DNA from: an uncultured Candidatus Saccharibacteria bacterium
GTDB lineage: Bacteria; Patescibacteriota; Doudnabacteria; UBA920
Length of the DNA stretch: 64,000 nt
Assembly: GCA_964453265.1 (NCBI GenBank)
Contig: CAYVNU010000002.1
Location: 40,619-104,618, forward strand
Reading direction: 5' to 3'
This document shows positions 8,434-17,773 of the stretch, in pieces. The notes under the pieces were generated by a model. That model was not told the origin of the DNA and searched no databases. It saw only the letters and a list, made by a program, of their open reading frames with translations. The translations under genes were made by a program, and so were the position numbers. How positions within the stretch are numbered: position 1 is the first letter of the stretch; every line of letters begins with the position of its first letter.

Positions 8434-10613
8434 CTTTTGTAAATTACAGCCCCAAACAACTGATCTTTGTCTAATAGTATATCAACAGAGTCTGCGTTTG
8501 TCTGCAGGTTGCTAAAACTGAAGTTTTGCCATACCAAAGATCTGCCTGGAAAAGAAAGTGTCCAATTAAAATTTTGAACTTTTGTACCTGGTTGTTTTTG
8601 AAGCATTAATACATATCTGTCTATTTCGGAGTCTGAAAAATTATAAGGCAAAATATACTTTAACTTAACAACTTTCGTCTCCCCACCTTGAACATTTAGC
8701 CAGTTGCCAAAAAAAGTTTTTCCCGCTTCTTGGCCAATAAGCGTTCCGCTTATAACATCTTTAACTGAATTTTTTTCCCACTCATAAACATCTGGGTCAG
8801 TTTTGTATTCATACTTTTTTTGATTTTCTAAAACTTTATTGTCAAAACCGGAATTAAAAACTAGTCTACTACCCAACGGTACTAAAATACGAATAAAACT
8901 TGAATTAAAAGTATTATAACTTTTAGGCATGCTATTGCTTCGAGAGATTTCTAATTCTTCAATTATTTGCCCGTCTTTTTGTATACTTGTATTTAGTTTT
9001 ACTTTTTGATCTATATATAAATCAGTCTTTGTTCCGCCTAGGTTCGAGGTTGAAATTTGTAAATAATCGCGATCCGATGACAAAACTTTTCCGGCCCAAT
9101 TAAAGTCTTCAAATGTTTTTTGAATACTCGGGATTCTGGAGTAGGCTAATATATTTTTAGAATTTAAATTTCTTTGCAAAGCTTCAAATACTGTTAACCA
9201 GTTTTCTGGTGATAAATTTTCTAGTTTTTGAAAAATAAGCGGTATGCAATCCGCTAAAACTTGTTTTGGTTGACCTGGGGTTATTGCTCCATATCCAACT
9301 GAGGAAGCAAGCTGTATTTGCTCAAAAAAATTATCAGAATCTAAAATTAAGTTATACTTTGGCAGCTCAATTGGCCCGGTAATTTTTAACAAATCTTGCA
9401 CAAAGTCAGGAGTTAAAGCAACTATTACATCGGGGGTTTCACCACCTTCTTTTTCATAAAAACCACTCATTAACTTAGCGGATTGAGGGAAATTTACAAA
9501 CCAATTACTATCTCTTAAAAACCATTGAGAATTAACATTTAATATTGGAGTAGGCGGAGAAATTTTTTCAGAAAGTTGTCCGTCCAAATCATATATACTG
9601 CTAACGTGGAGAGTATCTATTTTTCCGTTTTTCAAAATTAAGCTCCCAAATGTCCCCAAAAATCCGCCCGAAGTTCTAAGTTCATTGTTATTTTGAAAAA
9701 TCAATAAAATATTTTTTCTATCGGCATGTAACGCGTATAAAATCTTAAACATTTTTTCAAAACTTTCAAACGTTTGTTTTACAGCATGCAATTTTGTTTG
9801 TGCCGAAAAGAATTGTTCGGCATAGCTCTTAGGTAAATTATTTGGGTTAACTTCATTTGAAATTTCAACTGCTTGATTTATATTTTGACTAATGTTATTT
9901 ACGGAAGCATTCAAATTTTCCCAGGTTCTTTGATCCAAACCCTCTATGCCTAAGCTACTAAATTTTAAATTTTTTAAAGTATCATAAAAGCTAACAAACT
10001 CTTTACCACTTGTTGAAATTAAAGAAGCTATCTGGAGTAAGTTCCCAGCATCATGGGTTTGTGGTAATAAGTTAGTAACTTTTGAAAAGTCGGTAGCAGC
10101 TTGTTTTAATTTCTCTTGCCCGTTTTGAAAACTTTTATATGCCATGAGAAAGCTATTATTTGCGCTTTCAAAATCCTGATTTTGAATGGAGTTCTTAGCC
10201 GACTCTAAATACTTGGCTCCTTGTATTGATGTTTGAATTATCTCATCTTTTTTTTCTAGACCTACTGCAATAAATTTACCAGAAAATATTACAAAAATAC
10301 TGAAAATGGAAAATATTGCAAAGATTAAAAGGGTGTAAGCGCTTGAGGTTTTCAAAAAAGTTTTATACCGAATAGAAAAATAATAAAGTGTTTTTTTCCA
10401 CTCATTAGAGAAACTTTTGGAAAAATTCAAATATATAACATAGCAAAGTTTTTTAATTTTAAGGCATAAACCATAAACGAACTTACTAAAAGCTAGAAAG
10501 AATTTTAATACAAACAAACCAATATAATAAAAAAATAGAAAAACCCTGCTGGTTTTTGAAGCAGTTAATTTAATGGACTGATATTTGTGAATATGGAGTT
10601 TGAATTTTGCCAT
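8430..10613 (-). CDS. Large membrane-anchored protein, probably a DUF4012-family envelope protein
   Basis: N-terminal TM helices, a TSGGFLGTFG motif and a 727-aa extracytoplasmic body. Sits within the mur/fts cluster. The family assignment is from memory. Confidence 0.5.
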   Translation of the reverse strand: MAKFKLHIHKYQSIKLTASKTSRVFLFFYYIGLFVLKFFLAFSKFVYGLCLKIKKLCYVIYLNFSKSFSNEWKKTLYYFSIRYKTFLKTSSAYTLLIFAIFSIFSIFVIFSGKFIAVGLEKKDEIIQTSIQGAKYLESAKNSIQNQDFESANNSFLMAYKSFQNGQEKLKQAATDFSKVTNLLPQTHDAGNLLQIASLISTSGKEFVSFYDTLKNLKFSSLGIEGLDQRTWENLNASVNNISQNINQAVEISNEVNPNNLPKSYAEQFFSAQTKLHAVKQTFESFEKMFKILYALHADRKNILLIFQNNNELRTSGGFLGTFGSLILKNGKIDTLHVSSIYDLDGQLSEKISPPTPILNVNSQWFLRDSNWFVNFPQSAKLMSGFYEKEGGETPDVIVALTPDFVQDLLKITGPIELPKYNLILDSDNFFEQIQLASSVGYGAITPGQPKQVLADCIPLIFQKLENLSPENWLTVFEALQRNLNSKNILAYSRIPSIQKTFEDFNWAGKVLSSDRDYLQISTSNLGGTKTDLYIDQKVKLNTSIQKDGQIIEELEISRSNSMPKSYNTFNSSFIRILVPLGSRLVFNSGFDNKVLENQKKYEYKTDPDVYEWEKNSVKDVISGTLIGQEAGKTFFGNWLNVQGGETKVVKLKYILPYNFSDSEIDRYVLMLQKQPGTKVQNFNWTLSFPGRSLVWQNFSFSNLQTNADSVDILLDKDQLFGAVIYKR

Positions 10614-11728
10614 TATACCGATTGTTTATGGATATTTAACAAAATGCCCATCGCGGAAAGATTTACTATCATTGCACTACCCCCGTAACTAAAAAAGGGT
10701 AGCGGTATGCCAGTTAAGGGAACCAGATTGACCATTGCCGCAATATTTATCGCAACCTGAAAACCAATCCAAGCTGTTATGCCAAAAGCAAGCATTTTAC
10801 CAAAAGTATCTCTAGCATTTTTTGCAATTTTAAAACCTTGAAAAACTAAATATACAAATAAAATAATCACCAATAGAATTCTGAAAAACCCAAGCTCTTC
10901 CGCAGTAACAGCAAAAATTGAGTCCCCCATTACTTCAGGCAAATAATTATGTTTTTGCCTGGAAAGCCCGTAACCATAACCCCAAAACCCCCCTGAGCCA
11001 ATTGCAAGTAGCGCCTGATTAATATGATAGCTAATACCTTTTGGGTCTATACTAGGGTCTAAAAACGATGTCAGCCGCCTAGCTCTATATGGCGCAAAGT
11101 GAATAAAGGAATACAACGACAGCACTCCCACAACAGCTGTCCAAAAAAAGTATTTTAAATTTATCCCTGCAACATAAATCATACTCGCTGCAACTGAAAC
11201 CAAAACTAACATTGTCCCCAAATCAGGCTGCCATAGAATCAAAGCCGCGTACAGAGCAGTTATGGTTAATGTCGGCAATATTCCGAAATAAAAATTATTT
11301 AAATCTTGTTTTTGCCGACCAGCCCATGAAGCTATATAAACAACTACCGCTAATTTTGCTAACTCCGAAGGTTGAAAAAAAATCGGCCCAATATGTATCC
11401 ACCTTGTCGCGCCTCCTGCGCTAAACCCGAGGCCTGGAATTTTCACTGCAACTAAAAGCAAGATTGAACCATATATTAAAACTTTTAAATATTTTTCGAA
11501 TATATGGTAATCAACCTTTGATGCTAAGAACATACCAATTAGTCCTAAACCAACTCCATACATAAGTTGATGCACTACGTAATATGTTGTATTGCCAAAA
11601 TTTTTATAAGAATCAACAGTTGAAGCAGAATATAAGGCAATTAAACCAAAGGCAAGCAAAAACCCAACAACAATAAGTAGCTGCAGGTTTATTGAATTTT
11701 TACTTAAGTTTTTTGTTTGATGACGCAT
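10613..11728 (-). CDS. ftsW: SEDS-family peptidoglycan polymerase FtsW/RodA
   Basis: 371-aa 10-TM protein located between murD and the DUF4012-like protein. The C-terminal stretch PLPFFSYGGSA is characteristic of SEDS proteins. Confidence 0.85.
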   Translation of the reverse strand: MRHQTKNLSKNSINLQLLIVVGFLLAFGLIALYSASTVDSYKNFGNTTYYVVHQLMYGVGLGLIGMFLASKVDYHIFEKYLKVLIYGSILLLVAVKIPGLGFSAGGATRWIHIGPIFFQPSELAKLAVVVYIASWAGRQKQDLNNFYFGILPTLTITALYAALILWQPDLGTMLVLVSVAASMIYVAGINLKYFFWTAVVGVLSLYSFIHFAPYRARRLTSFLDPSIDPKGISYHINQALLAIGSGGFWGYGYGLSRQKHNYLPEVMGDSIFAVTAEELGFFRILLVIILFVYLVFQGFKIAKNARDTFGKMLAFGITAWIGFQVAINIAAMVNLVPLTGIPLPFFSYGGSAMIVNLSAMGILLNIHKQSV

Positions 11729-13104
11729 TAATAACTATATACAAAATTTTTAAATTGTTGTCCCCTATCCTGGTAATTTTTAAACATGTCAAAACTCACA
11801 CATGCAGGACTAAGCAGCACAATATCACCGCTTATTGCCACGGATTTGATTTGCTCAAAAATTTCAACCATATTTTTCGCGCCCAAAATATATTTAAGCT
11901 TAGGATTATTTATAGCTTGTTTTAATCTTTCTGCCTCAACTCCAATTAAAATAACGGCTTTAATTTTATTGGAGTTAGAAATAACTTTTCCCAGTTCATC
12001 AAAATTACTTTTTTTGCTTGCGCCGCCGAGTATTAAAATTATAGGCTCATTAAATGAATTTATAGCGGCAATTGTTGTCTCGGGAGTTGTAGAAAATGAA
12101 TCATCATAAAATGAAATGCCATTTTTTTTTGCAACTAGCTCTAAACGGTGCTCTAAGCCTTTAAAATTATCAATTACAGATTGTATTAAATTAAAATTCT
12201 TCACTCCAGATGCCAAACTAGCAGCAATTGCTGCTTCAATATTTTCCAGATTATGAACACCTTTTAGTTGGTAGTGAGTTGTTGGGAGTGAGTAGTCTGC
12301 ACCAAGCAGATCCTTAACTTGGATTTCGTCCTTTTTTAAGTAAATACCGCTTGTTAATTCTTTCTGGCGGCTAAAATATATTTTTTTTCCAGTACCCTGT
12401 TCTCCAATGAAAACCGATGACGGAAAATCTGCGTTTACAATAGCGAAGTCTTCAGAACCCTGGTATTTAACAATTGCTGTTTTAGCTTCTATGTATTCAT
12501 CTTGATCTGCGTGGTAGTCCAAATGTTCCGAGGTTGTCATTAAAACTACCCCAATGTGAGGACTTTTTCTTAGGTCTTGGAGTTGAAAACTAGAAAGTTC
12601 ATAGACGACCAAATCATCAGGTTTCAGGCTATCAAGAAATTCAAGAGACTGGATTTTACCAATGTTTCCAGTTAAAAAAATTTCAGATTTAAGATTTAAG
12701 ATTTTTGTTTGATTAGAAAGAATTTCATAAATTAGAGTCGATGTTGTACCCTTGCCTTTTGTGCCGGTAACGCCAATAATTTTGCAGGGACAATTATCGA
12801 AAAAAAAATTCGTCTGCGAAGTAATTAGACCTTTAAAATTTTTTAATTGTGTTAATTTTATACCGGGGCTTCTAAACGCAACATCAAAACCTGTTAACTC
12901 TAAAAATGCGTCCGGTCCAAAAATAAAATTTAAACCGAGAGATTTAATTTCTATTTGTTCTAATTCATTCCACTCTTGCCAAGGCCTTTGATCAAACAGC
13001 ACGGGTTTTACTCCGTGCTTAATTAAATATTTTGTAACTGCACGGCCTTCAGTGCCATATCCCAAAACAGCAACAAGATTTTTTTTTAAATCATGAATTT
13101 TCAT
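11728..13104 (-). CDS. murD: UDP-N-acetylmuramoylalanine--D-glutamate ligase MurD
   Basis: N-terminal VLGYGTEGRA Rossmann motif, P-loop GVTGTKGKGTT, and the Mur ligase middle and C-terminal domains. Confidence 0.9.
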   Translation of the reverse strand: MKIHDLKKNLVAVLGYGTEGRAVTKYLIKHGVKPVLFDQRPWQEWNELEQIEIKSLGLNFIFGPDAFLELTGFDVAFRSPGIKLTQLKNFKGLITSQTNFFFDNCPCKIIGVTGTKGKGTTSTLIYEILSNQTKILNLKSEIFLTGNIGKIQSLEFLDSLKPDDLVVYELSSFQLQDLRKSPHIGVVLMTTSEHLDYHADQDEYIEAKTAIVKYQGSEDFAIVNADFPSSVFIGEQGTGKKIYFSRQKELTSGIYLKKDEIQVKDLLGADYSLPTTHYQLKGVHNLENIEAAIAASLASGVKNFNLIQSVIDNFKGLEHRLELVAKKNGISFYDDSFSTTPETTIAAINSFNEPIILILGGASKKSNFDELGKVISNSNKIKAVILIGVEAERLKQAINNPKLKYILGAKNMVEIFEQIKSVAISGDIVLLSPACVSFDMFKNYQDRGQQFKNFVYSY

Positions 13105-13106
13105 GT

Positions 13107-14672
13107 CTAACTCTTTTTTAATACATAACCAGGTTTTCTGCTCGTAAAAATTTTGTTATTTACCACCGCTTGCCCGTTTACAAACACGTAATCAAAGCCC
13201 GTACTAAACTGATTTGGGTTTAAATAAGTACTTTTGCTTGAAAGTTCGCTTGGAGTAAAAATAACTAAATCTGCAAAATTGCCAACTGCTATTTTACCTC
13301 TACTTTTTAGTCCAATTTTATTTGCAGGCCCTAAAGTTAATTTATTAATTGCACTCTCTAAAGAAATTGCTTTTTTTTCTATTACAGTTTGCAGGAATTT
13401 AGCACTAGTTCCAAAGCACCTTGGATGCACAAGCCGACTTTGGTTTTTTTCAGGGAAACCAGCTCCATCGGTAGCTATGAAAGAAAGTGGATGAAAAAGC
13501 AGTTTTTCCACTGAAGCAATATCTAAATTTTCTTCAAAAACCAAAATTTCACTTCCCCCATTTTCTAAAATATGTAGTAAGGCCTGCTCACTAGACATTT
13601 CTAAATTTTTTGCGACTTGTCCTATTGTTTTACCTGTAAAATTTAGTTTATTGGTTGTCGAAGCAATCATTAAATTACTGAATTTCACCCCGCTATTATT
13701 TAAGTAACTAAGTATTTTATTTTTCTGAATCGGATCTGAAAAATGCCTCAACATAACGGCCCTACCACCTTCAATTGCCCACTTAGGTAAATATGAATAC
13801 AGGACCTGCCATATTGACTCATAAGGATAAGCATCAAAATGAACATTTAGTCCTTGGTGAAAAGCGGTATCAATTTCAGCAATAACATCAGCCAACTTAT
13901 TCCAATTTTGCTCATTACGTATTTTTAAATGTGAAATTTTTAAATTTAAATTTCCTGCTTTGGCAATATCCAAGGCTTCTGAGACAGCTTCAACAACTTC
14001 CGCTCCTTCGCTACGTAAGTGAATAGAAAAAAGACCCTCGTATTCTTTAACTATTTTTGCAAGTTCAAAAAGCTCCAGTTCACTAATTATAATTTCATGT
14101 GCGTAAGAAAGACCGCTTGAAAAGCCAAATGCGCCAGCATTCAAACTTTCACGCAATGCTTTTTTTAGAACTTCTAGTTCATCTTTTTGTAAAGAACGAA
14201 TTTCATCACCAACAACTCCGCGTCTTAAAGTTGAATACCCAACAAGACTCGCAATATTGCATCCAAACTGCATTTTTCCGAGCTGTTCTAAATACTCCCC
14301 GAAAGACTGCCAATTAATATTAGCCCCTTCTAAGTTATGCCATTTCTGAATTGAAAGTAAGGCATTTTTTGAAAGTAGTGGCGCCAAACTAGCCCCACAG
14401 TTACCAATTAAGATTGAAGTAAATCCCTGAGTAACCATACTATCTAGAGAAGGGTTATCAAAAATTTGCCAATAACTATCGCTATGGTTTTGAATATCAA
14501 TAAACCCGGGAGTCAAAACTTTCCCCGAAGCATCAATGGTTGAAATGGCATTGCCGGAAATTTTTTCTGAAATATTTACAATCCTGTCACCCTCAACCGC
14601 AACATCTAAAATTTGCCCTGACTTGCCACTCCCATCAATAACATTTGCATTTTTTATAATTAAGCTATACAT
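13107..14672 (-). CDS. Amidohydrolase-family protein (N-acyl-D-amino-acid deacylase / D-aminoacylase-like)
   Basis: An N-terminal composite-domain beta-sandwich followed by the metal-binding PGFIDIQNHSD motif. 521 aa. Confidence 0.7.
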   Translation of the reverse strand: MYSLIIKNANVIDGSGKSGQILDVAVEGDRIVNISEKISGNAISTIDASGKVLTPGFIDIQNHSDSYWQIFDNPSLDSMVTQGFTSILIGNCGASLAPLLSKNALLSIQKWHNLEGANINWQSFGEYLEQLGKMQFGCNIASLVGYSTLRRGVVGDEIRSLQKDELEVLKKALRESLNAGAFGFSSGLSYAHEIIISELELFELAKIVKEYEGLFSIHLRSEGAEVVEAVSEALDIAKAGNLNLKISHLKIRNEQNWNKLADVIAEIDTAFHQGLNVHFDAYPYESIWQVLYSYLPKWAIEGGRAVMLRHFSDPIQKNKILSYLNNSGVKFSNLMIASTTNKLNFTGKTIGQVAKNLEMSSEQALLHILENGGSEILVFEENLDIASVEKLLFHPLSFIATDGAGFPEKNQSRLVHPRCFGTSAKFLQTVIEKKAISLESAINKLTLGPANKIGLKSRGKIAVGNFADLVIFTPSELSSKSTYLNPNQFSTGFDYVFVNGQAVVNNKIFTSRKPGYVLKKS

Positions 14673-15714
14673 AATTTTGACTTAAGAAATAAATAATAAT
14701 ACCAAAAATACCCATCACTGCTGAAATTATCCAAAAGCGCATAGTAACTTTTGCCTCGGGCCAACCCAGTGCCTGAAAATGATGATGAATAGGCGCTGAC
14801 AAGAAAACCTTTTTTTGAAATACTTTTTTTGAAAAAATTTGCAGGATTGTAGAAAAGGCTTCCAAAACAAAAACAAAACCAATAATTGGTAAAAGTAAAA
14901 CTGAGTTAGTTAAAAAAGCTACGACAGCTAAAAGCACTCCCAAGCCCATTGATCCGGTATCTCCCATAATAAACCTAGCCGGATAAACATTAAACCACAA
15001 AAATGCCAGTAATGCTCCGGCAATTACGCCAATAAAAGCTGCTAAATCATGTTTGTTTTGAAAAAATGCAATTAAACCGTAAGAAAAAAATGAGATCATT
15101 AGAATACCGCCCGCAAGTCCATCTAAACCATCAGTTTGATTAACAGAAAAACTTGTGGCAATAACCACTAAAATAAAAAAAGGAATGAAGATCCAGCCTA
15201 AATGTAAGTTTCCATAAAAAGGAATGTTCAGATAATCAAAACCCAGTTTAAAATAAAACCACCACGCACCAATAACTGCAACTAAAATATATAGCCAAAT
15301 TTTAAACCTAAATCTTAAGCCTCTGCCATTATGTCCGAGTCTTCGAACATCAAGCCAATCATCAACAGCTCCGACTAAGGAAGAACCGATTAAAGCGCCA
15401 AAAGGCAAAAGCGTTTCTTTTCTGGAAAAGAAATTTAAGAATTTTAGGCTTTGAAAATGAAGAATTTCTGAAAAAAGCCAAAAAAATCCTAAAAGAACAG
15501 TTAGTGTCCCCCAAACCAAAACTCCGCCCATAGTTGGCGTACCGGCTTTTGAACTATGTAGTTTCGAAAAAATGGGCGTGCTGCCATCATTTCTAATTTG
15601 TTTACCTAATTTATGGTTATATAAAAACTGCGTCAATAAAGGTGTGAAAAAAAGCGCGGCTCCAAAACCGAGCGTGGTTAAAATAAAAATCTTAATTAAA
15701 GCGAGATTCTCCAT
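14665..15714 (-). CDS. mraY: Phospho-N-acetylmuramoyl-pentapeptide transferase MraY
   Basis: Polytopic 349-aa protein with the conserved motifs DD..D, NQTDGLDGLA and MGDTGS. Confidence 0.9.
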   Translation of the reverse strand: MENLALIKIFILTTLGFGAALFFTPLLTQFLYNHKLGKQIRNDGSTPIFSKLHSSKAGTPTMGGVLVWGTLTVLLGFFWLFSEILHFQSLKFLNFFSRKETLLPFGALIGSSLVGAVDDWLDVRRLGHNGRGLRFRFKIWLYILVAVIGAWWFYFKLGFDYLNIPFYGNLHLGWIFIPFFILVVIATSFSVNQTDGLDGLAGGILMISFFSYGLIAFFQNKHDLAAFIGVIAGALLAFLWFNVYPARFIMGDTGSMGLGVLLAVVAFLTNSVLLLPIIGFVFVLEAFSTILQIFSKKVFQKKVFLSAPIHHHFQALGWPEAKVTMRFWIISAVMGIFGIIIYFLSQNYV

Positions 15715-15770
15715 TTATTACTAAATTTTCTTAAGAAAAGTTTAATTAATTATACCATACTTCTTAGGTA

Positions 15771-16739
15771 TTACAAAGTCACTTTATCTTTTAAATACTT
15801 AAGTAAAATGTCTTCTAAAATTAGCACGTCGTTTTCCCTATCCTTGCTACCCAAAACTAAAATAATATAACTCCCGGACTTAGTATTTACTCTTATTGCC
15901 ATAGACCCAAGACTATTTTCGGTATAACCGGTCTTTATTGCTTCAATTTCAGGATGGCTAGAAATTAACTTATTTGTTGACTCAATTTTAAAGGCTTTTT
16001 TTAAAGATACGTCTTTAAAACCGTAATTTTTATAGCGGCTTATATTTTTAAAGGCACCTAATTGCTGAGTTGCTAAAATAATTTTTTTCAAATCATCGGC
16101 GGTCGAGAAATTTCTATCGCTATCAAAACCCATAGGATTACTGAAATTACTATTCTGCATTCCTAAATTTTTTGCTTCCGAATTCATTAATTCAACAAAA
16201 TTATGTCCAGTAACACGAGCAGTTTCATTTGCCAAGGCTTTTGCTGCATCATTAGCCGAACCAATTAGCATGGCATTAAATAGATCCAAAGAACTCACTT
16301 CATCATTGACCCTGAGCCCAAGAATTGGGGCAACATCAACAAAATCTTCGTAATTTATTTTCAGACTAGAATTTAAATCCAAATTCCTATACGCTACATA
16401 TGCTGTTAAAAGCTTGGTCAAACTTGCTATCCCTAGTTTTATATTAATTTCGCTTGTTAATAAATTTTGACCGGAATTTTCGTTATAAATCAAATAACTT
16501 TTTGCTGAAACATTTTTTAGCTCCGAACTGTTTTGGTCTATAAACTCGGGTCTAAGAGGCAGAATAAATGTTGGAGTAGTAGAAGTTGACTGTCCTAAAA
16601 CCATGGGTTTCGACAAAATAATAACCTGCTTTGGTCTGTATAATCCTAGGCTTAGCTGAGAAGAAAAATACCAACCACAAAATACAGAAAAAAACAGTAT
16701 AAAAAGACTAAAAAATATTTTTGTTTTTGTATTTAACAC
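15771..16739 (-). CDS. dacA: Serine-type D-Ala-D-Ala carboxypeptidase (PBP5/DacA family)
   Basis: SxxK motif (ASLTK), SxN motif (SAN) and KTG motif (KTGYT). Has an N-terminal signal/TM segment. Confidence 0.8.
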   Translation of the reverse strand: MLNTKTKIFFSLFILFFSVFCGWYFSSQLSLGLYRPKQVIILSKPMVLGQSTSTTPTFILPLRPEFIDQNSSELKNVSAKSYLIYNENSGQNLLTSEINIKLGIASLTKLLTAYVAYRNLDLNSSLKINYEDFVDVAPILGLRVNDEVSSLDLFNAMLIGSANDAAKALANETARVTGHNFVELMNSEAKNLGMQNSNFSNPMGFDSDRNFSTADDLKKIILATQQLGAFKNISRYKNYGFKDVSLKKAFKIESTNKLISSHPEIEAIKTGYTENSLGSMAIRVNTKSGSYIILVLGSKDRENDVLILEDILLKYLKDKVTL

Positions 16740-16798
16740 TTTTATTAAAATGGCTTAATTTTCAGCTTGTGTCCTTAATTATATAGGTCAAATAACGG

Positions 16799-16827
16799 TT
16801 GACAAAGCTTCGGGTTGTGGATAATAT
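16799..16827 (+). promoter_or_regulatory. Sigma-70-type promoter for trxA
   Basis: TTGACA at 16799-16804, a 17-bp spacer, then TAATAT at 16822-16827. The trxA ATG is at 16855. Confidence 0.5.
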
Positions 16828-16854
16828 AACTAAGCATAATTAACAAAAAAATAT

Positions 16855-17175
16855 ATGTCCTCAATCAAAATTGACGAAGTAAATTTTAAAACTGAAGTAT
16901 TAGATGAAACTTTACCTGTTTTAGTCGATTTTTGGGCTGTTTGGTGCGGACCCTGTAAAATAATTGGCCCAATAATAGAAGAACTTTCTTCTGAATACGC
17001 TGGAAAAATGAAATTTGGCAAAGTAAATGTAGACGAAAATAACTCACTTGCTTCCCAATTTGGCGTTATGAGCATACCAACCCTTAAAATCTTTAAAAAT
17101 GGCAAAGTTGTCGGCGAAATGATCGGAGCAGCACCTAAACAGGTTTTAGAAGACGAAATTAAGAAGCATATTTAA
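16855..17175 (+). CDS. trxA: Thioredoxin
   Basis: The WCGPC active site (WAVWCGPCK) and a length of 106 aa. Confidence 0.9.
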   Translation: MSSIKIDEVNFKTEVLDETLPVLVDFWAVWCGPCKIIGPIIEELSSEYAGKMKFGKVNVDENNSLASQFGVMSIPTLKIFKNGKVVGEMIGAAPKQVLEDEIKKHI

Positions 17176-17252
17176 TTAAATACTTGGATCAATCGAGAAA
17201 GTTTAAAACTTTTGAGACTGGTAACTAAATTGGTTGGTGTTAAAGTACAATT

Positions 17253-17280
17253 AAGCCTTGAATAAAGGCTTTTTTGTTTG
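17253..17280 (+). terminator. Rho-independent terminator of trxA
   Basis: aagccttgaataaaggctt followed by tttttg. Confidence 0.6.
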
Positions 17281-17339
17281 TTTTTCATTAACCAATTTCG
17301 TGTATGAAATCAGTATGTAAATATTGAAATAAGAACCAT

Positions 17340-17692
17340 CCAGATCCGCCAAAGTCCCGACTGGTCGGGACGACGGTGGAAGAGTCGCTGGCGCTCTGAG
17401 TGGCTAAACTGATTAATTACCAACCTAAAAGGTTACCAGTCGCAAACTTTTTTACCAATATACTCTAATAACCTCCTCCCCGGGTTCCGATAACTCCACC
17501 CGGGGTTTCCAACACGGCGCCCGCGATGATTATCAATCGCTAAGAGCTTACCTGCTGGCGGGCGTAACTTGCTTTCCAAAACGGGGATGGTTTTGGAAAG
17601 AACAGAGCCGTTCATCCCCGGACGGCGGTGAAGATCTGTTTTAAGCTTATGGCTTCAATGCTGGCCGCCTGTCCGGGGTTTTCTGGCAGACT
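17340..17692 (+). ncRNA. GC-rich structured region and candidate ncRNA; class unresolved (tmRNA, SRP RNA and 6S-like RNA not excluded)
   Basis: A roughly 350-nt island of about 50% GC sits in an AT-rich genome. It contains nested hairpins: gtcccgac/gtcgggac, ccccgggt/acccgggg, ctttccaaaac/gttttggaaag and cggggatg/catccccg. A strong terminator hairpin follows. The only ORF in the region is a spurious antisense one. Confidence 0.3.
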
Positions 17693-17728
17693 AAAAAGAG
17701 CCTGTAATTACAGGCTCTTTTGTATTTT
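17693..17728. terminator. Bidirectional terminator hairpin
   Basis: aaaaa-gagcctgtaattacaggctc-ttttgtatttt. Confidence 0.55.
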
Positions 17729-17773
17729 ATTAGCAACCAATTTATGCACCAGTCACCAGTCTCGTACATTTTC

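Noticed and set aside
17433-17615. 60-aa ORF inside the GC-rich candidate ncRNA
   Set aside because: It is Arg/Gly-rich, as expected from translating GC-rich structured RNA, and has no start context. I treat it as spurious.
17340-17692. Calling this region tmRNA (ssrA)
   Set aside because: No 5' GGGG...UUCGAC acceptor/D-analogue and no 3' GGUUCGA-type T-arm followed by CCACCA could be found on either strand. The only tag-like frame ends in ...NIL rather than a typical ALAA or LAA. It is kept as an unclassified ncRNA candidate instead.
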